DNA of 64,000 nt from Macrostomum lignano (Eukaryota). How positions within the stretch are numbered: position 1 is the stretch's first letter; each line of letters opens with the position of its first letter. The notes under the pieces are model-generated. The model saw only the letters and a program-made list of their open reading frames with translations. It was not told the DNA's origin and ran no database searches. Shown piece by piece: positions 24,204 through 38,190 of the stretch. The position numbers and the translations under genes were made by a program. The stretch spans positions 62,001 through 126,000 of the forward strand of contig NIVC01001164.1 in NCBI GenBank assembly GCA_002269645.1. The letters are read 5' to 3'.

Positions 24204-27200
24204 TCAGAGCTGACCTGCGAGACAGTCATTCAGATCTGACACCGACGACCTGAGGGTAGTGAGTTCATGAGTGAGATCATGACTGAGATCATGAGTGAGA
24301 TCATGACTGAGATCATGACTGAGATCATGACTGAGATCATGAGTGAGATCATGAGTGAGATCATGAATGAGATGATGAGTGAGTGAGATGGTGAGTGAGA
24401 TCATGAGTGAGATCATGAGTGAGATCATGAGTGAGATCATGAGTGAGATCATGAGTGAGATCATTAGTGAGATCATGAGTAAGATCATGAATGAGATGAT
24501 GAGTGAGATGGTGAGTGAGATCATGAGTGAGTTATAAGCGAGTGGCGATCCCACCAGCTCACTTTCTCCTGGGCACCAGGAACACTCGGCGAAGCGACTC
24601 CTTGATGGCGGCAGTCGGCCTTGAGGACGTCGATTTCGCTCGTCGACGCGCCCCGCTAAACGGCGGCCTCAGCGGCGGCTCCTCCCAGGTGGCCAGCGGC
24701 GCCGGCTGAATCGGTGAAGTCGGCTTATCGACGCCTGTTCTCAGCGTCTGCTGCTGCTGCTGCTGTCGCAGGATGTCGCCAGCCGAGTGGCAGCGGTCGG
24801 CGGCGCGCAGCTGCCGAGAGATGGCCAGACTCCTCGGGCCCATCCGGCCTGTGGCGGCGGCAGCTGCAACCGCCGCTGAAGAAGCCTGAAGCTCCGGTTG
24901 AGTGTCCCTGTGCTGTTTCTGCTGCTGCTGCACGCCGCCGAGGAAGTGCTGCCGGCGCTCACTTGAGGTGGCTGCGTCGCACGAACCGGCCCGCTGACGG
25001 ACCAGCCGGCCAAGGCGGTGCAGCTGGTCGCAGCTGCTGGCTGCCAGTCGCGGCTGCTTCTGCTGCTGGTGTTGGTTTTTGCGAGACTGGTGCTGGCGGC
25101 TGTGGTTCGCCTGCTGCTGCTGGTGCGCCTGATGCTGGTGTTGGTGCTTCAACGCCGAATGAATAGACACATCAAGTCCGTCGAGCAGATGACGAAGCTT
25201 TTCCATGGCGCCGACAAGTGCTGGCAAGTCGGGATGATCGTCGGGAGTGCTGGCTCGCAGCTGGGCGAGCAGCAGCAGGTAGCGCGGAGTTCGCTGCACC
25301 GGGGTGAGCAGGTAGGCTGGCAGGTCCAGGCCCTGGCAGCTGGGGTGCCGCTGCAGGCAGCGGAGGAGGCGGCGGAGGCGGCCGGAGCGGCCGAGGCACT
25401 TGCGCAGTGTTGCCAGGGCGCAGCGGTAGTCATTGGCGTAGTCCCGGTACAGGCACAGCAGCTCCGCGCCGTTGGCGTCAAGAAAATGCAGCACGACGCT
25501 TGAGAACGAGTCCGGGCCGGCGGCCTGGGAGCCGGGCAGCCGCCGCTCCAGCTCGGACAGGAAAGCGGAGTGGAGCTCGTGGAGTCTGGGCAGGCTGCTT
25601 GGAAAGATGAGGCTGCATCAAATTGAAGCAATGGATTGCGATGTTTGAGCTGTATAAGAGGCCGTAGCGCTTCAAATGTGTCGCTTTTTTACGCTCAAAA
25701 CTTCTAATCATGGAAAAGTCCCGCGTCTGATTCTCGCGCCGCTACCCCCCTGGTTCGAATCCGTGTGCAATGACAAAATAATAATTGATTACACCTGTCC
25801 CAATGGCCAGAAGTGCAACCGACAGCTCAGCCGCAGCTATTGCGCGGCGCATCTGAAGGCTGCGTACGGCTGTTCAAACCAAGGACTGGGGGGTCGCCAC
25901 ACACACCCTCAATTACCCCAGCTAATGCTGGCACCCATTTTACAGCTGGGTGAACTGAAGCAATGCAGAGTTGAGTGTCTTGCTCAAGGACACAAACTGT
26001 TCCAGTGGGGATCGGGAATCGAACCCCCAACCTTTCAATCGTGATTCCGACGCTCTAACCAGTAGGCTACAACCCCCTGAATGTGTCAATCGCATTCCTT
26101 GGGGGGGGGGGCAGAGAGTGTACACTCTAGAAACTCATTGCCGCTGTACACCCTGCGTGAGCGTGTGTTGTCAGTCAAGGACAACTGTAGCATAACAAAA
26201 CGTAAACCTTACTGATTATGTCATTTTTAAGGGGCCAATTTCCCGTAATAAATACACTGCGGAGATAGGAAAAAAACTAGATTCCTATTATTATTTATTA
26301 CATCGCAAAATCAACACTACAGTGGTCCTTGATTGTCTCAGCGCAGGTTGTGTGGAACGGTGTCCAAGAGCTATTTAATTTTACATTTCCTATTTATTCT
26401 TCCCAACCTACTCTCTCATTCTTCCCACCCTACTCTCTCATTCTACCCACACCCTACTCTCTCATTCTTTCCACCCTACTCTCTCATTTTCCCACCGTAC
26501 TCTCTCATTCTTCTCACACCCTACTCTCTCATTCTTTCCACCCTACTCTCTCATTTTCCCACCGTACTCTCTCATTCTTCTCACACCCTACTCTCTCATT
26601 CTTCTCACCCTACTCTCTCATTCTTCCCACCCTACTCTCTCATTCTTCCCACCCTACTCTCTCATTCTTCCCACACCCTACTCTCTCATTCTTCCCACCC
26701 TACTCTCTCACTCTAATTCCACCCTACTCTCTCATTCTTCCCACACCCTACTCTCTCACTCTAATTCCACCCTACTCTCTCATTCTTCCCACACCCTACT
26801 CTCTCACTCTAATGCCACCCTACTCTCTCATTCTTCCCACACTCTACTCTCTCATTCTTCCCACCCAACTCTCTCATTCTTCCCAACCTACTCTCTCATT
26901 CTTCCCACACCCTACTCTCTCATTCTTCCCACCCTACCCTCTCACTCTAATTCCACCCTACTCTCTCATTCTTCCCACCCTACCCTCTCACTCTAATTCC
27001 ACCCTACTCTCTCATTCTTCCCACCCTACTCTCTCATTCTTCCCACCCTACTCTCTCATTCTTCCCACCCTACTCTCTCACTCTAATTCCACCCTACTCT
27101 CTCACTCTTCCCACACTCTACTCTCTCATTCTTCCCAACCTACTCTCTCATTCTTCCCACCCTACTCTCTCATTCTTCCCACCCTACTCTCTCATTCTTC

Positions 27201-30200
27201 CCACCCTACCCTCTCATTCTTCCACCACCCTACTCTCTCATTCTTCCCACACCCTACTCTCTCATCCTTCCCACCCTACTCTCTCATCCTTCCCACACCC
27301 TACTCTCTCATTCTCCCCACACCCTACTCTCTCATCCTTCCCACACCCTACTCTCTTATCCTTCCCACACCCTACTCTCTCATCCTTCCCACACCCTACT
27401 CTCTCATCCTTCCCACCCTACTCTCTCATCCTTCCCACACCCTACTCTCTCATTCTTCCCACACCCTACTCTCTCATCCTTCCCACACCCTACTCTCTCA
27501 TTCTTCCCACACCCTACTCTCTCATCCTTCCCACACCCTACTCTCTCATTCTTCCCACCCTACTCTCTCATTCTTCCCACACCCTACTCTCTCATCCTTC
27601 CCACACCCTACTCTCTCATTATTCCCACCTACTCTCTCACTCTAATTCCACCCTACTCTCTCATCCTTCCCACACCCTACTCTCTCATCCTTCCCACACC
27701 CTACTCTCTCATTCTTCCCACCCTACTCTCTCATTCTTCCCACCCTACTCTCTCATTCTTCCCACCCTACTCTCTCATTCTTCCACCACCCTACTCTCTC
27801 ATTCTACCCACACCCTACTCTCTCATTCTTCCCACAACCTACTCTCTCATTCTTCCCACAACCTAATCTTTAATGCAGTTTGAAGCAACTAGAAGCAACA
27901 CAATTGAACTCTGCTCTTTGTACGGGGATGAGAAAGTGTTTGACCGAAAATAGCTTTTGTTTTGTCCCTAGATTCTATACCAGCACTGGGTCAATTGCCT
28001 TCCCTCGCACGCACGCCATTCTCTGCGGCTGCGCTGACCCAAAAGCAACGGATTATTTTACTTCAATAATTTGGAGTTCAATCGAGGACAGGAAGCTTGA
28101 ACGAAATTGAGCAGTGAAAGTGTGTGCGCAGGGAGTTATGAGTCGGTGCCTACAGAAAGCTCAGTTTGCCATTTCTCTGTGGGGATTTTCTAGCGCAGTT
28201 CTTTTCTTTGTTTTCTTTAACAACCGCTAGAGAAGGCAGGAAGTGATCAGCTGGGGTTTCTTCTGATCCAACTGCAGCGATTCAACTATTGTACTCCTGA
28301 GAATTGAACTGGAGTCTCCCTTCTCTGCTCCTATCTTCCCCCTCTCTGCCTCTCGCTCATTTTCTGCCGGCTTCATAAATAATTTACAATCAAGGCCTCT
28401 CTTTCTCGACAACTCCTCTCCCCCCAACAAGCACAGGAACAGCTACAGATAATCTGACTCTGCAGCCTGGGGATTCCGGCGGATGAGTCAGCTCACCCAA
28501 AATTGGAGAGTCTTTAGCCTATTATGGGCGAGGCCAGCAACGCTTGACAGCTGCTGTAGCCGCTGGCGTGATTGACGGGCGGGTGGGGGAGGCTGGGTCT
28601 GCTTGCTGCACTATTGTGAGTCACTGCTGGGCTCCGCGTCTGCCTGTCTACCTCCCGTCTCATTCTATCCGCTACGCTACTCTCTCATTCTTCCCACACC
28701 CTACTCTCTCATCCTTCCCACACCCTACTCTCTCATCCTTCCCACACCCTACTCTCTCATCCTTCCCACCCTACTCTCTCATCCTTCCCACACCCTACTC
28801 TCTCATTCTTCCCACACCCTACTCTCTCATCCTTCCCACACCCTACTCTCTCATTCTTCCCACACCCTACTCTCTCATCCTTCCCACACCCTACTCTCTC
28901 ATTCTTCCCACCCTACTCTCTCATTCTTCCCACACCCTACTCTCTCATCCTTCCCACACCCTACTCTCTCATTATTCCCACCTACTCTCTCACTCTAATT
29001 CCACCCTACTCTCTCATTCTTCCCACACCCTACTCTCTCATTCTTCCCACCCTACTCTCTCATTCTTCCCACACCCTACTCTCTCATCCTTCCCACACCC
29101 TACTCTCTCATTATTCCCACCTACTCTCTCACTCTAATTCCACCCTACTCTCTCATTCTTCCCACACCCAACTCCCTCATTCTACCCACACCCTACTCTC
29201 TCATTCTACCCACCCTACTCTCTCATTCTACCCACACCCTACTCTCTCACTCTAATTCCACCCTACTCTCTCATTCTACCACCACCCTACTCTCTCATTC
29301 TTCCCACAACCTACTCTCTCACTCCATCTCACCATACTCTCAGCACTCCCAGTCTTCCCTCACCAGAGGTTCTTGACGCTGACGCAGGCGGAGGCTTTCA
29401 CGGTCTGCGCCAGCAGGTCGATGATGATCCTCAGGCAGCAGCAGTAGCGCCTCTCCGTCGCCGCGATCTCCTGGCAGATCCTCAATCGGCGCTCTGCAAG
29501 TCGTTTAATCAGTTCCGCTACTCCGAGGACATTGCTACGAAAAATACCCCCCCCGTAGACTTTGCTAGCAACTGCTTCAACAAGTTTTCTCTAAAAGCAA
29601 AACTGCGCAGATGAAAGGTAAACTCACCAAATAGCTGCTGCTGTGTGAACGCCAGTCTCTGCTGCTGTTGTTGTTGCAGCTGCTGAGTGGCTGATTGAGA
29701 GTCTTCGCAGCGTTGGCCACACCAGCGACGACATGAGGACCTGGCCGCTGACATCGCCTTGAAGGAGAGAGAAGAGAGGGCCGGTGACGAGAGGGTGAAA
29801 AAATATCAGAAGAAATGAGGCTAATAAGAAAACAGAGTTGGCACGACCGATAAAGTTTGTTTATGCTCGGCAACACAATTGGTACCCGCGTGACTGGCAA
29901 CTGGGTCGCCTCACTCTCATCACTATCGCAGTTCTTTTCTCCTCTCCTTTTCTCTCCTCTCTCCTCTCATCTCTCCTCTCTCTCATCTCTCCTCTCTCTC
30001 ATCTCTCCTCTCTCTCTCTCATCTCTCCTCTCTCTCATCTCTCCTCTCTCTCATCTCTCCTCTCTCTCATCTCTCCTCTCTCTCATCTCTCCTCTCTCTC
30101 ATCTCTCCTCTCTCTCATCTCTCCTCTCTCTCATCTCTCCTCTCTCTCATCTCTCCTCTCTCCCTCTTCACTTTCTCCTCTCTCTCTTCTCCTCTTTCCT

Positions 30201-30271
30201 CCTTCCCCTTTGTCCTCTCCTCCCTCCTTCTCCTCCTCTCTTCTCTCTCCCTTCTCCTCTCCTCTCCATCT

Positions 30272-30354
<83 letters not shown>

Positions 30355-32121
30355 GTTCGAACCTAACTACGAGTAAAAAAGCCACTAAACAGCCGCAACC
30401 TGTTTGTTCCACAAACAAAAAGAGTGAAAGAAAAGCCATACGCTCATAATATATAATGAATGAATACATGGGCATTGCATGTCAGATTCTATGCAATATA
30501 TGCATGCAACACTGCCGCACTGATTGGGATCTACGAACAACTTGTGTTCATCATTCTCGCAAAATTCCCCCAGCAATTGTTCCGCTAAATTATTTCCTTT
30601 CCCAGTTGCTGTCAAAAGCGAATAAAATTGCCTCTAAGTGGTTCCTCAGTTGCTTTAATCATTCGATCAGGGCGGGATCCGGGGCAGCGGAGTTGCGAAG
30701 CTAATGAGAATGAGCACCCGTGGGTTTCAATTCGATGTGCCCCAACAATGTGTTCGCATAAATTTACTTCGAACTAACTGATCAGAGTCGGCTTTGGAAA
30801 GAGGGGAACAGGCTGGGCCGATTTTCACCTGTTCCGCTTGTGTTCATTTTTTGGCACGCCTTCCCAATGTGCCGGGGATCCGAGGAGGGGGTTGTTGTCT
30901 TCACCCTTTACTCATTGCCGATTGCTCACTGAAATCTGGAGATAGTCAAATGCAGCTGTATTGACCTAGGAAAGTAGGAAACTCTATTTTACTCACATTA
31001 ACCGTTGTGTCACTCTCTGATGGGTCATTGTGTCACTCTCTGACGGGTCATTGTGTCACTTTTCTACGGGTCATTGTGTCACTCTCCAACGGGTCATTTT
31101 GTCACTCTCCAACGGGTCATTGTGTCACTTTTCTACGGGTCATTGTGTCACTCTCTGACGGGTCATTGTGTCACTTTTCTACGGGTCATTGTGTCACTCT
31201 CTGACGGGTCATTGTGTCACTTTTCTACGGGTCATTGTGTCACTCTCTGACGGGTCATTGTGTCAATTTCCTACGAGTCATTGTGTCACTCTCCAACGGG
31301 TCATTGTGTCACTCTCCAACGGGTCATTGTGTCACTCTCTGATGGGTCATTGTGTCACTCTCTGACGGGTCATTGTGTCACTCTCCAACGGGTCATTGTG
31401 TCACTCTCTGACGGGTCATTGTGTCACTCTCCAACGGGTCATTGTGTCACTCTCCAACGGGTCATTGTGTCACTCTCCTACGGGTCATTTTGTCACTCTC
31501 TGATGGGTGATTGTGTCACTCTCTGACGGGTCATTGTGTCACTCTCTGACGGGTCATTGTGTCACTCTCTGGTGGTCATTGTGTCACTCTCTGATGGTCA
31601 TTGTGTCACTCTCTGATGGTCATTGTGTCACTCTCCTTACGGGTCATTGTGTCACTCTCTGATGGTCATTGTGTCACTCTCTGATGGTCATTGTATTCAT
31701 CAATTCACTTTTTTGGGTTTATCAAGTCACTCTTTTGGGTTTATCAAGTCACTCTTTTGGGTTCATCAAGTCACTCTTTTGGGTTTATTAAGTCACTGTT
31801 TTGGGTTTATCAAGTCACTCCTGCGGGTCATCACTCAGGACAGCTCACTCAGTGTAGCAAGTGCGTCTCCTCCTGCAGGCTCAAATTTACAATGTTTTAT
31901 GGATGTCGCACCTCAGCTTCACCGCCGCTGCCAGCAGAGCTGCTCAAACCGGCCTGACGTGAGGCCACCCCCGGAGTGTCGGGCGAGTCGCCGTCGCTCT
32001 CAGCACCGCTGAAGCCGCTGCCAGCTTCGCTGCCACTGTCCGCATGGGCCAGCAGCATCAGTTTCCTGGAAAACTCGGCCGCCTCCGACTCGGCCGCCTC
32101 CGCTGTTGCCGTTTCCTCCAT
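24204..32121 (-). CDS. Dbl-homology (DH) RhoGEF, about 521 aa (exons 32121-31912, 29757-29628, 29493-29364, 25612-24563, 24249-24204)
   Basis: RRLRICQEIAATERRY..LRIIIDLL; LIFPSSLPRLHELHSAFLSELERRL; LYRDYANDY; LDLPAYLLTPVQRTPRYLLLLAQLRASTPDDHPD. All junctions are GT/AG and phase-consistent. If the last intron is retained, the ORF stops at 24559. Confidence 0.85.
24262..24530. repeat. 12-bp minisatellite in the last RhoGEF intron
   Basis: Unit CATGAGTGAGAT. Confidence 0.95.
25777..26077 (-). mobile_element. tRNA-derived SINE with a CORE/Meta-like central domain
   Basis: Minus strand: A box TAGCCTACTGG, B box GGTTCGATTCC, central GTGTCCTTGAGCAAGACACTCAAC..CCCAGCTGTAAAATGGGTGCC, and an ATTATTATT tail. 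Confidence 0.85.
26395..27865. repeat. 22-25-bp pyrimidine-rich minisatellite in RhoGEF intron 3
   Basis: Unit CCCTACTCTCTCATTCTTCCCA(CA). Confidence 0.95.
28672..29335. repeat. Second array of the same 22-25-bp minisatellite
   Basis: Same unit as 26395-27865, separated from it by about 800 bp of unique sequence. Confidence 0.95.
29930..30347. repeat. CT-rich tract ending in (CT)n
   Basis: Direct reading. Confidence 0.95.
31003..31820. repeat. 23-bp minisatellite followed by a short 22-bp array in RhoGEF intron 1
   Basis: GGGTCATTGTGTCACTCTCTGAC units, then GGGTTTATCAAGTCACTCTTTT units. Confidence 0.95.
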
Positions 32122-32910
32122 TTTGTTTTGAAGCAGAAAAAGCACACAGGGCAAAGCGGAGGATTTCTACAGTCCGGAGATGCGGTGGCGGGAGGCTAAA
32201 GCTTATGGATAGGGGGACGCAAGGGTTCCGGGTTAAAAAAGGAGAAGCAACTGCAGTCTTCTCGGCCTCTGATTGGCTGTCTCTCCCGTTATCTACGGTC
32301 ACGCGCTGAGCCAAGGCGTTCTAAAGCTGGCATCTGGAATGCTGACTCTACTGCAGCCAAAAACCCGATTGAGGCTGACGCTGTCCTGTCTATCTCCCTT
32401 TGTCAATCGCTAGCAACAGTGGGATTTCATGTTTTCAACGTCAGCCTCAATTAGACCGAAAATGAGTTGGTAACTCCAGGTTTCGGTTTTAGAATTCCTT
32501 GGCTAAGCTTGTGCCGTGCCTCGTCGCCTCTCTCTCTAAACCAACGTCAACCTCTGGTTTGTGAGAAATCCAGGATCTGAACTGCGATTTCAGGCCTCTG
32601 CCCGACTCTCCCAGATCCTCCCTACCTACCTCCCCCTAGTTCTTTCTCTCTCCCACCGCGTAGCTCTACCCCTGCTCACCTGACAGGCAAGTGATCAATC
32701 ATCGCCACCCCCTGATAAGGCGCGCACGGTTTGGAGCCGGTCTGCTTATAGCTGGCGGAATATTTTAGTAATAAAAGGCATCTCAACTTCTCCACTTTTA
32801 TCAAAGTTGGCTATCAGGGTGGGCGCTCTCTGGGCAGAGTGCAGCTGTGCTGAGAGGACACGCAGCTCTGTTAATCTTATACCTGCGATTGGACTGTCCA
32901 ATGCTGTTCC

Positions 32911-33470
<560 letters not shown>

Positions 33471-33622
33471 ACCTAGCCCGCTTTTCTATCTATATATCTA
33501 GATTCGCACTGGAAGGAGAGAGCTATCCCTACGCTCGTAACCTCTGATGAACCCGCGGAGTGCATGGGAGAGTGAGACATGAGAGACATCTAGGCGACCT
33601 CCCCCGGGTTGCCCAGGAGCCT

Positions 33623-34770
33623 CACACTGTCTCACTCTCATCTCACACTCTCCCTCTCACTCCTATCTCACACTCTCCCTCTCACTCCCATCTCACACTC
33701 TTCTTCTCACTCCCATCTCACACTGTCCCTCTCACTCTCATCTCACACTCTCCCTCTCACTCCTATCTCTCACTGTCCCTCTCCCTCTCATCTCACACTC
33801 TCCCTCTCACTCCTATCTCACACTCTCCCTCTCACTCCTATCTCACACTCTCCCTCTCACTCCTATCTCACACTCTCCCTCTCACTCCTATCTCACACTC
33901 TCCCTCTCACTCCCATCTCACACTCCCTCTCACTCCCATCTCACACTGTCCCTCTCACTCCCATCTCACACTCTCCCTCTCACCCTATCTCACACTCTCC
34001 TTCTCACTCCTATCTCACACTCTCCTTCTCACTCCTATCTCACACTCTCCCTCTCACTCCTATCTCACACTCTCCCTCTCACTCCCATCTCACACTCTCC
34101 CTCTCACCCTATCTCACACTCTCCTTCTCACTCCTATCTCACACTCTCCCTCTCACTCCTATCTCACACTCTCCCTCTCACTCCTATCTCACACTCTCCC
34201 TCTCACTCCCATCTCACACTCCCTCTCACTCCCATCTCACACTGTCCCTCTCACTCCCATCTCACACTCTCCCTCTCACCCTATCTCACACTCTCCTTCT
34301 CACTCCTATCTCACACTCTCCTTCTCACTCCTATCTCACACTCTCCCTCTCACCCTATCTCACACTCTCCCTCTCACTCCCATCACACTCTCCCTCTCAC
34401 TCCCATCTCACACTCTCCCTCTCACTCCCATCTCACACTCTCCCTCTCACTCCCATCTCACACTCTCCCTCTCACTCCCATCTCACACTCTCCCTCTCAC
34501 CCTATCTCACACTCTCCCTCTCACTCCCATCACACTCTCCCTCTCACTCCCATCTCACACTCTCCCTCTCACTCCCATCTCACACTCTCCCTCTCACTCC
34601 CATCTCACACTCTCCCTCTCACTCCCATCTCACACTCTCCCTCTCACTCCCATCTCACACTCTCCCTCTCACTCCCATCTCACACTCTCCCTCTCACTCC
34701 CATCTCACACTGTCCCTCTCAATCCCATCTCACACTCTCCCTCTGGCTCCCCATCTCACGCTCTCTCACT
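33623..34770. repeat. CT-rich minisatellite
   Basis: TCTCACACTCTCCCTCTCACTCC[CT]A-type units. Confidence 0.95.
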
Positions 34771-35336
34771 TAATCTTTTCTCTCTACTCCCCAACACTCA
34801 ATCTTCTATGTAAGTACAATTAATAGTTATACAAACCAGTCTTAGAAAAGCTTAACAAAGAAGTGCAGCATAAAAGGAAAAAAGTCTACAAAAGCCGAGA
34901 GAGCTGAAAAAAACTTAAGCAGACAATGCAGCTCAAACTAACTTTACGCGTGTTGGAATTCTTTTTTCTTCAACATTAAGGCAAACTTTGGAGAAAAGAG
35001 GAACACTTGGTTCAACCGCACGTAATATCCCAGAGATTGGTGTCTAACTCTAGTTGATTATTGGCGATGCAGTCAAGGACTGCTTAAGTGGCTATCTGCT
35101 AGCTACTATAGGGAAAATTGTCAGTTGAGGTCAAATGAGGTCAAATTGGGCTCGTTAATTCATCAAGCATTGATTCTATGCTTTGGAGAGTTCCTATTCT
35201 AGCAGCACAGTAATATGGCACAAATTACCATGAATTTAATAATAATGGAGAGGCTAACTTACTCCAGTTGCTTATGGATGTCCGTGAACTGGATTTGAAA
35301 AAGTTTTTAGTTGATCAACGCTACTAGGGTTCCTAA

Positions 35337-36080
35337 TGATCTAGGGTGTCTGTGATCTAGGGTGACTGTGATCTAGGGTGTCTGTGATCTAGGGTGTCTG
35401 TGATCTAGGGTGTCTGTGATCTAGGGTGTCTGTGATCTAGGGTGACTGTGATCTAGGGTGTCTGTGATCTAGGGTGTCTGTGATCTAGGGTGAGTGTGAT
35501 CTAGCGTGACTGTGATCTAGTGTGACTGTGATCTAGGGTGAGTGTGATCTAGGGTGTCTGTGATCTAGGGTGTCTGTGATCTAGGGTGTCTGTGATCTAG
35601 GGTGTCTGTGATCTAGGGTGACTGTGATCTAGGGTGTCTGTGATCTAGGGTGTCTGTGATCTAGGGTGTCTGTGATCTAGGGTGTCTGTGATCTAGGGTG
35701 TCTGTGATCTAGGGTGTCTGTGATCTAGGGTGACTGTGATCTAGGGTGACTGTGATCTAGTGTGACTGTGATCTAGGGTGAGTGTGATCTAGGGTGTCTG
35801 TGATCTAGGGTGTCTGTGATCTAGGGTGTCTGTGATCTAGGGTGTCTGTGATCTAGGGTGTCTGTGATCTAGTGTGACTGTGATCTAGTGTGACTGTGAT
35901 CTAGGGTGTCTGTGATCTAGTGTGACTGTGATCTAGGGTGTCTGTGATCTAGGGTGTCTGTGATCTAGGGTGTCTGTGATCTAGGGTGTCTGTGATCTAC
36001 AGTGTCTGTGATCTAGAGTGGCTGTGATCTAGGGTGTCTGTGATCTACAGTGTCTGTGATCTAGAGTGGCTGTGATCTAG
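35337..36080. repeat. 16-bp minisatellite
   Basis: Unit GATCTAGGGTGTCTGT. Confidence 0.95.
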
Positions 36081-36865
36081 GATGTCTTCAATTCTGATGC
36101 AGGGTGTCTTAAAGCCTGATCGAGGTTGTCTGATTTTTGATAGGGTATCATTAAGCTTTTCCTAAAGATATCTTCGTACACTGATCTCTGGTGTTGCAGT
36201 CGGGTGTCTGTTAGGCGCTCACCTGTGCTGTCCAGTAGCCTAGCAGAGCCTACAGAAGTATTATGATATACTATAAATAATATTAATAAACCTATAGCTT
36301 GCGGTTTAACCCGGGGTAGAAAAACAACAGACCCACACAGTGAGAGCATAAATTAATTTGGTATTGTTACAGGCAGGCAGAGGGCCAGTCACGAATGCCT
36401 CTCCAAAAACGACTACGCATAGCTGTTCACACTAGTGAGAAAAAACCAGTTTCAGCAGTCACTGCATGGCCGCCCAGCTGTTGCTCCTGTTGAGGCAAAC
36501 TTCTGAGCGATCAAATTCAATTCAACTTACGCATAGCAAGTATGCTTGGTATTGTTGGTACGCAATAAATCCAGTTAGAGAAAACTCTCAGTGAGTAACT
36601 ATAATTCCTACGAGTACTTACATACCTGTGTAACAACTAAAATTACATTAGAAAGCAATTGCAAACCGGCTTCTCTTTCTCTGAGTCTGCTTCTTTTGCG
36701 AAAGCAATAGTTATTTAATTAGCCTCGTAAAAAGGCACTTCAATCCAGGGAGCAACAGAACATCTGACAGTTTTTCTCTTAGCCTAGTTACTTTAAGTAG
36801 AATTGCGTGACAATAAATAGCTAAAAAAAGTTTGCATCTATGAAATTAACTTGTTTCAGGTCGTT

Positions 36866-37935
36866 GATTCAGGGTGTCTTTGGGCTTTGATTTAGGGTGT
36901 CTTTGGGCTTTGATTTAGGGTGTCTTTGGGCTTTGATTCAGGGTGTCTTTGGGCTTTGATTTAGGGTGTCTTTGGGCTTTGATTTAGGGTGTCTTTGGGC
37001 TTTGATTCAGGGTGTCTTTGGGCTTTGATTTAGGGTGTCTTTGGGCTTTGATTTAGGGTGTCTTTGGGCTTTGATTTAGGGTGTCTTTGGGATTTGATCT
37101 AGAGTGCCTTTGGGATTTGCTCTAGGGTGTCTCTGGGCTTTGATTTAGGGTGTCTTTGGGCTTTGATTCAGGGTGTCTTTGGGCTTTGATTTAGGGTGTC
37201 TTTGGGCTTTGATTTAGGGTGTCTTTGGGCTTGGATTCAGGGTGTCTTTGGGCTTTGATTTAGGGTGTCTTTGGGCTTTGATTCAGGGTGTCTTTGGGCT
37301 TTGATTTAGGGTGTCTTTGGGCTTTGATTTAGGGTGTCTTTGGGCTTTGATTTAGGGTGTCTTTGGGATTTGATCTAGAGTGCCTTTGGGATTTGCTCTA
37401 GGGTGTCTCTGGGCTTTGATTTAGGGTGTCTTTGGGCTTTGATTTAGGGTGTCTTTGGGCTTTGATTTAGGGTGTCTTTGGGCTTTGATTTAGGGTGTCT
37501 TTGGGCTTGGATTCAGGGTGTCTTTGGGCTTTGATTTAGGGTGTCTTTGGGCTTTGATTTAGGGTGTTTTGGGCTTTAATTTAGGGTGTCTTTGGGATTT
37601 GCTCTAGGGTGTCTTTGGGCTTTGCTCTAGGGTGTCTTTGGGCTTTGCTCTAGGGTGTCTTTGGGCTTTGCTCTAGGGTGTCTTTGGGCTTTGAGCTAGG
37701 GTGTCTTAGGGCTTTGCTCTAGGGTGTCTTAGGGCTTTGCTCTAGGGTGTCTTTGGGCTTTGAGCTAGGGTGTCTTTGGGATTTGATCTAGGGTGTCTTT
37801 GGGCTTTGAGCTAGGGTGTCTTTGGGATTTGATCTAGGGTGTCTTTGGGCTTTGCTCTAGGGTGTCTTTGGGCTTTGCTCTAGGGTGTCTTTGGGCTTTG
37901 CTCTAGGGTGTCTTTGGGATTTGAGCTAGGGTGTT
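36866..37935. repeat. 23-bp minisatellite
   Basis: Unit GATTTAGGGTGTCTTTGGGCTTT. Confidence 0.95.
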
Positions 37936-38039
37936 TTAGTTTTAATTTAGGGTGGAACGATAAGCACGTCCGACTCTCACTACGACCTCCAGTTTGATTT
38001 CGTGCAAGGTCAGATTAATTTGGGGCCATGTCTGACGAT

Positions 38040-38190
38040 TATAAAGTCAAAGGGCCCCTGTACACCCTGTGTGAGCGCGTGTGATTCCGTGCCTGCGTAC
38101 AGTATTGGCGCGCTTGCATGTGCTCCGGAGTCAGCGGAATGGACAGAATTGCCGTCAGCGCTGGTTGTGAGACGATGTCGCCGTTGCGCC
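38040..38190 (+). mobile_element. Copy of dispersed family B repeat
   Basis: CTGTACACCCTGTG-GAGCG..GTACAGTATTGGC..GGAGTCAGCGGAATGG-CAGAATTG..GTCAGCGCTGGTTGTG, closely matching 42420-42545. Confidence 0.75.

Noticed and set aside
25740-26077. tRNA genes
   Set aside because: A/B boxes are followed by SINE body sequence, and I could not fold a full cloverleaf with an acceptor stem.
28500-28680. GC-rich island in RhoGEF intron 3 as an extra exon
   Set aside because: Exons 3 and 4 join in phase and give a continuous DH alignment without it, and no good splice pair was seen.
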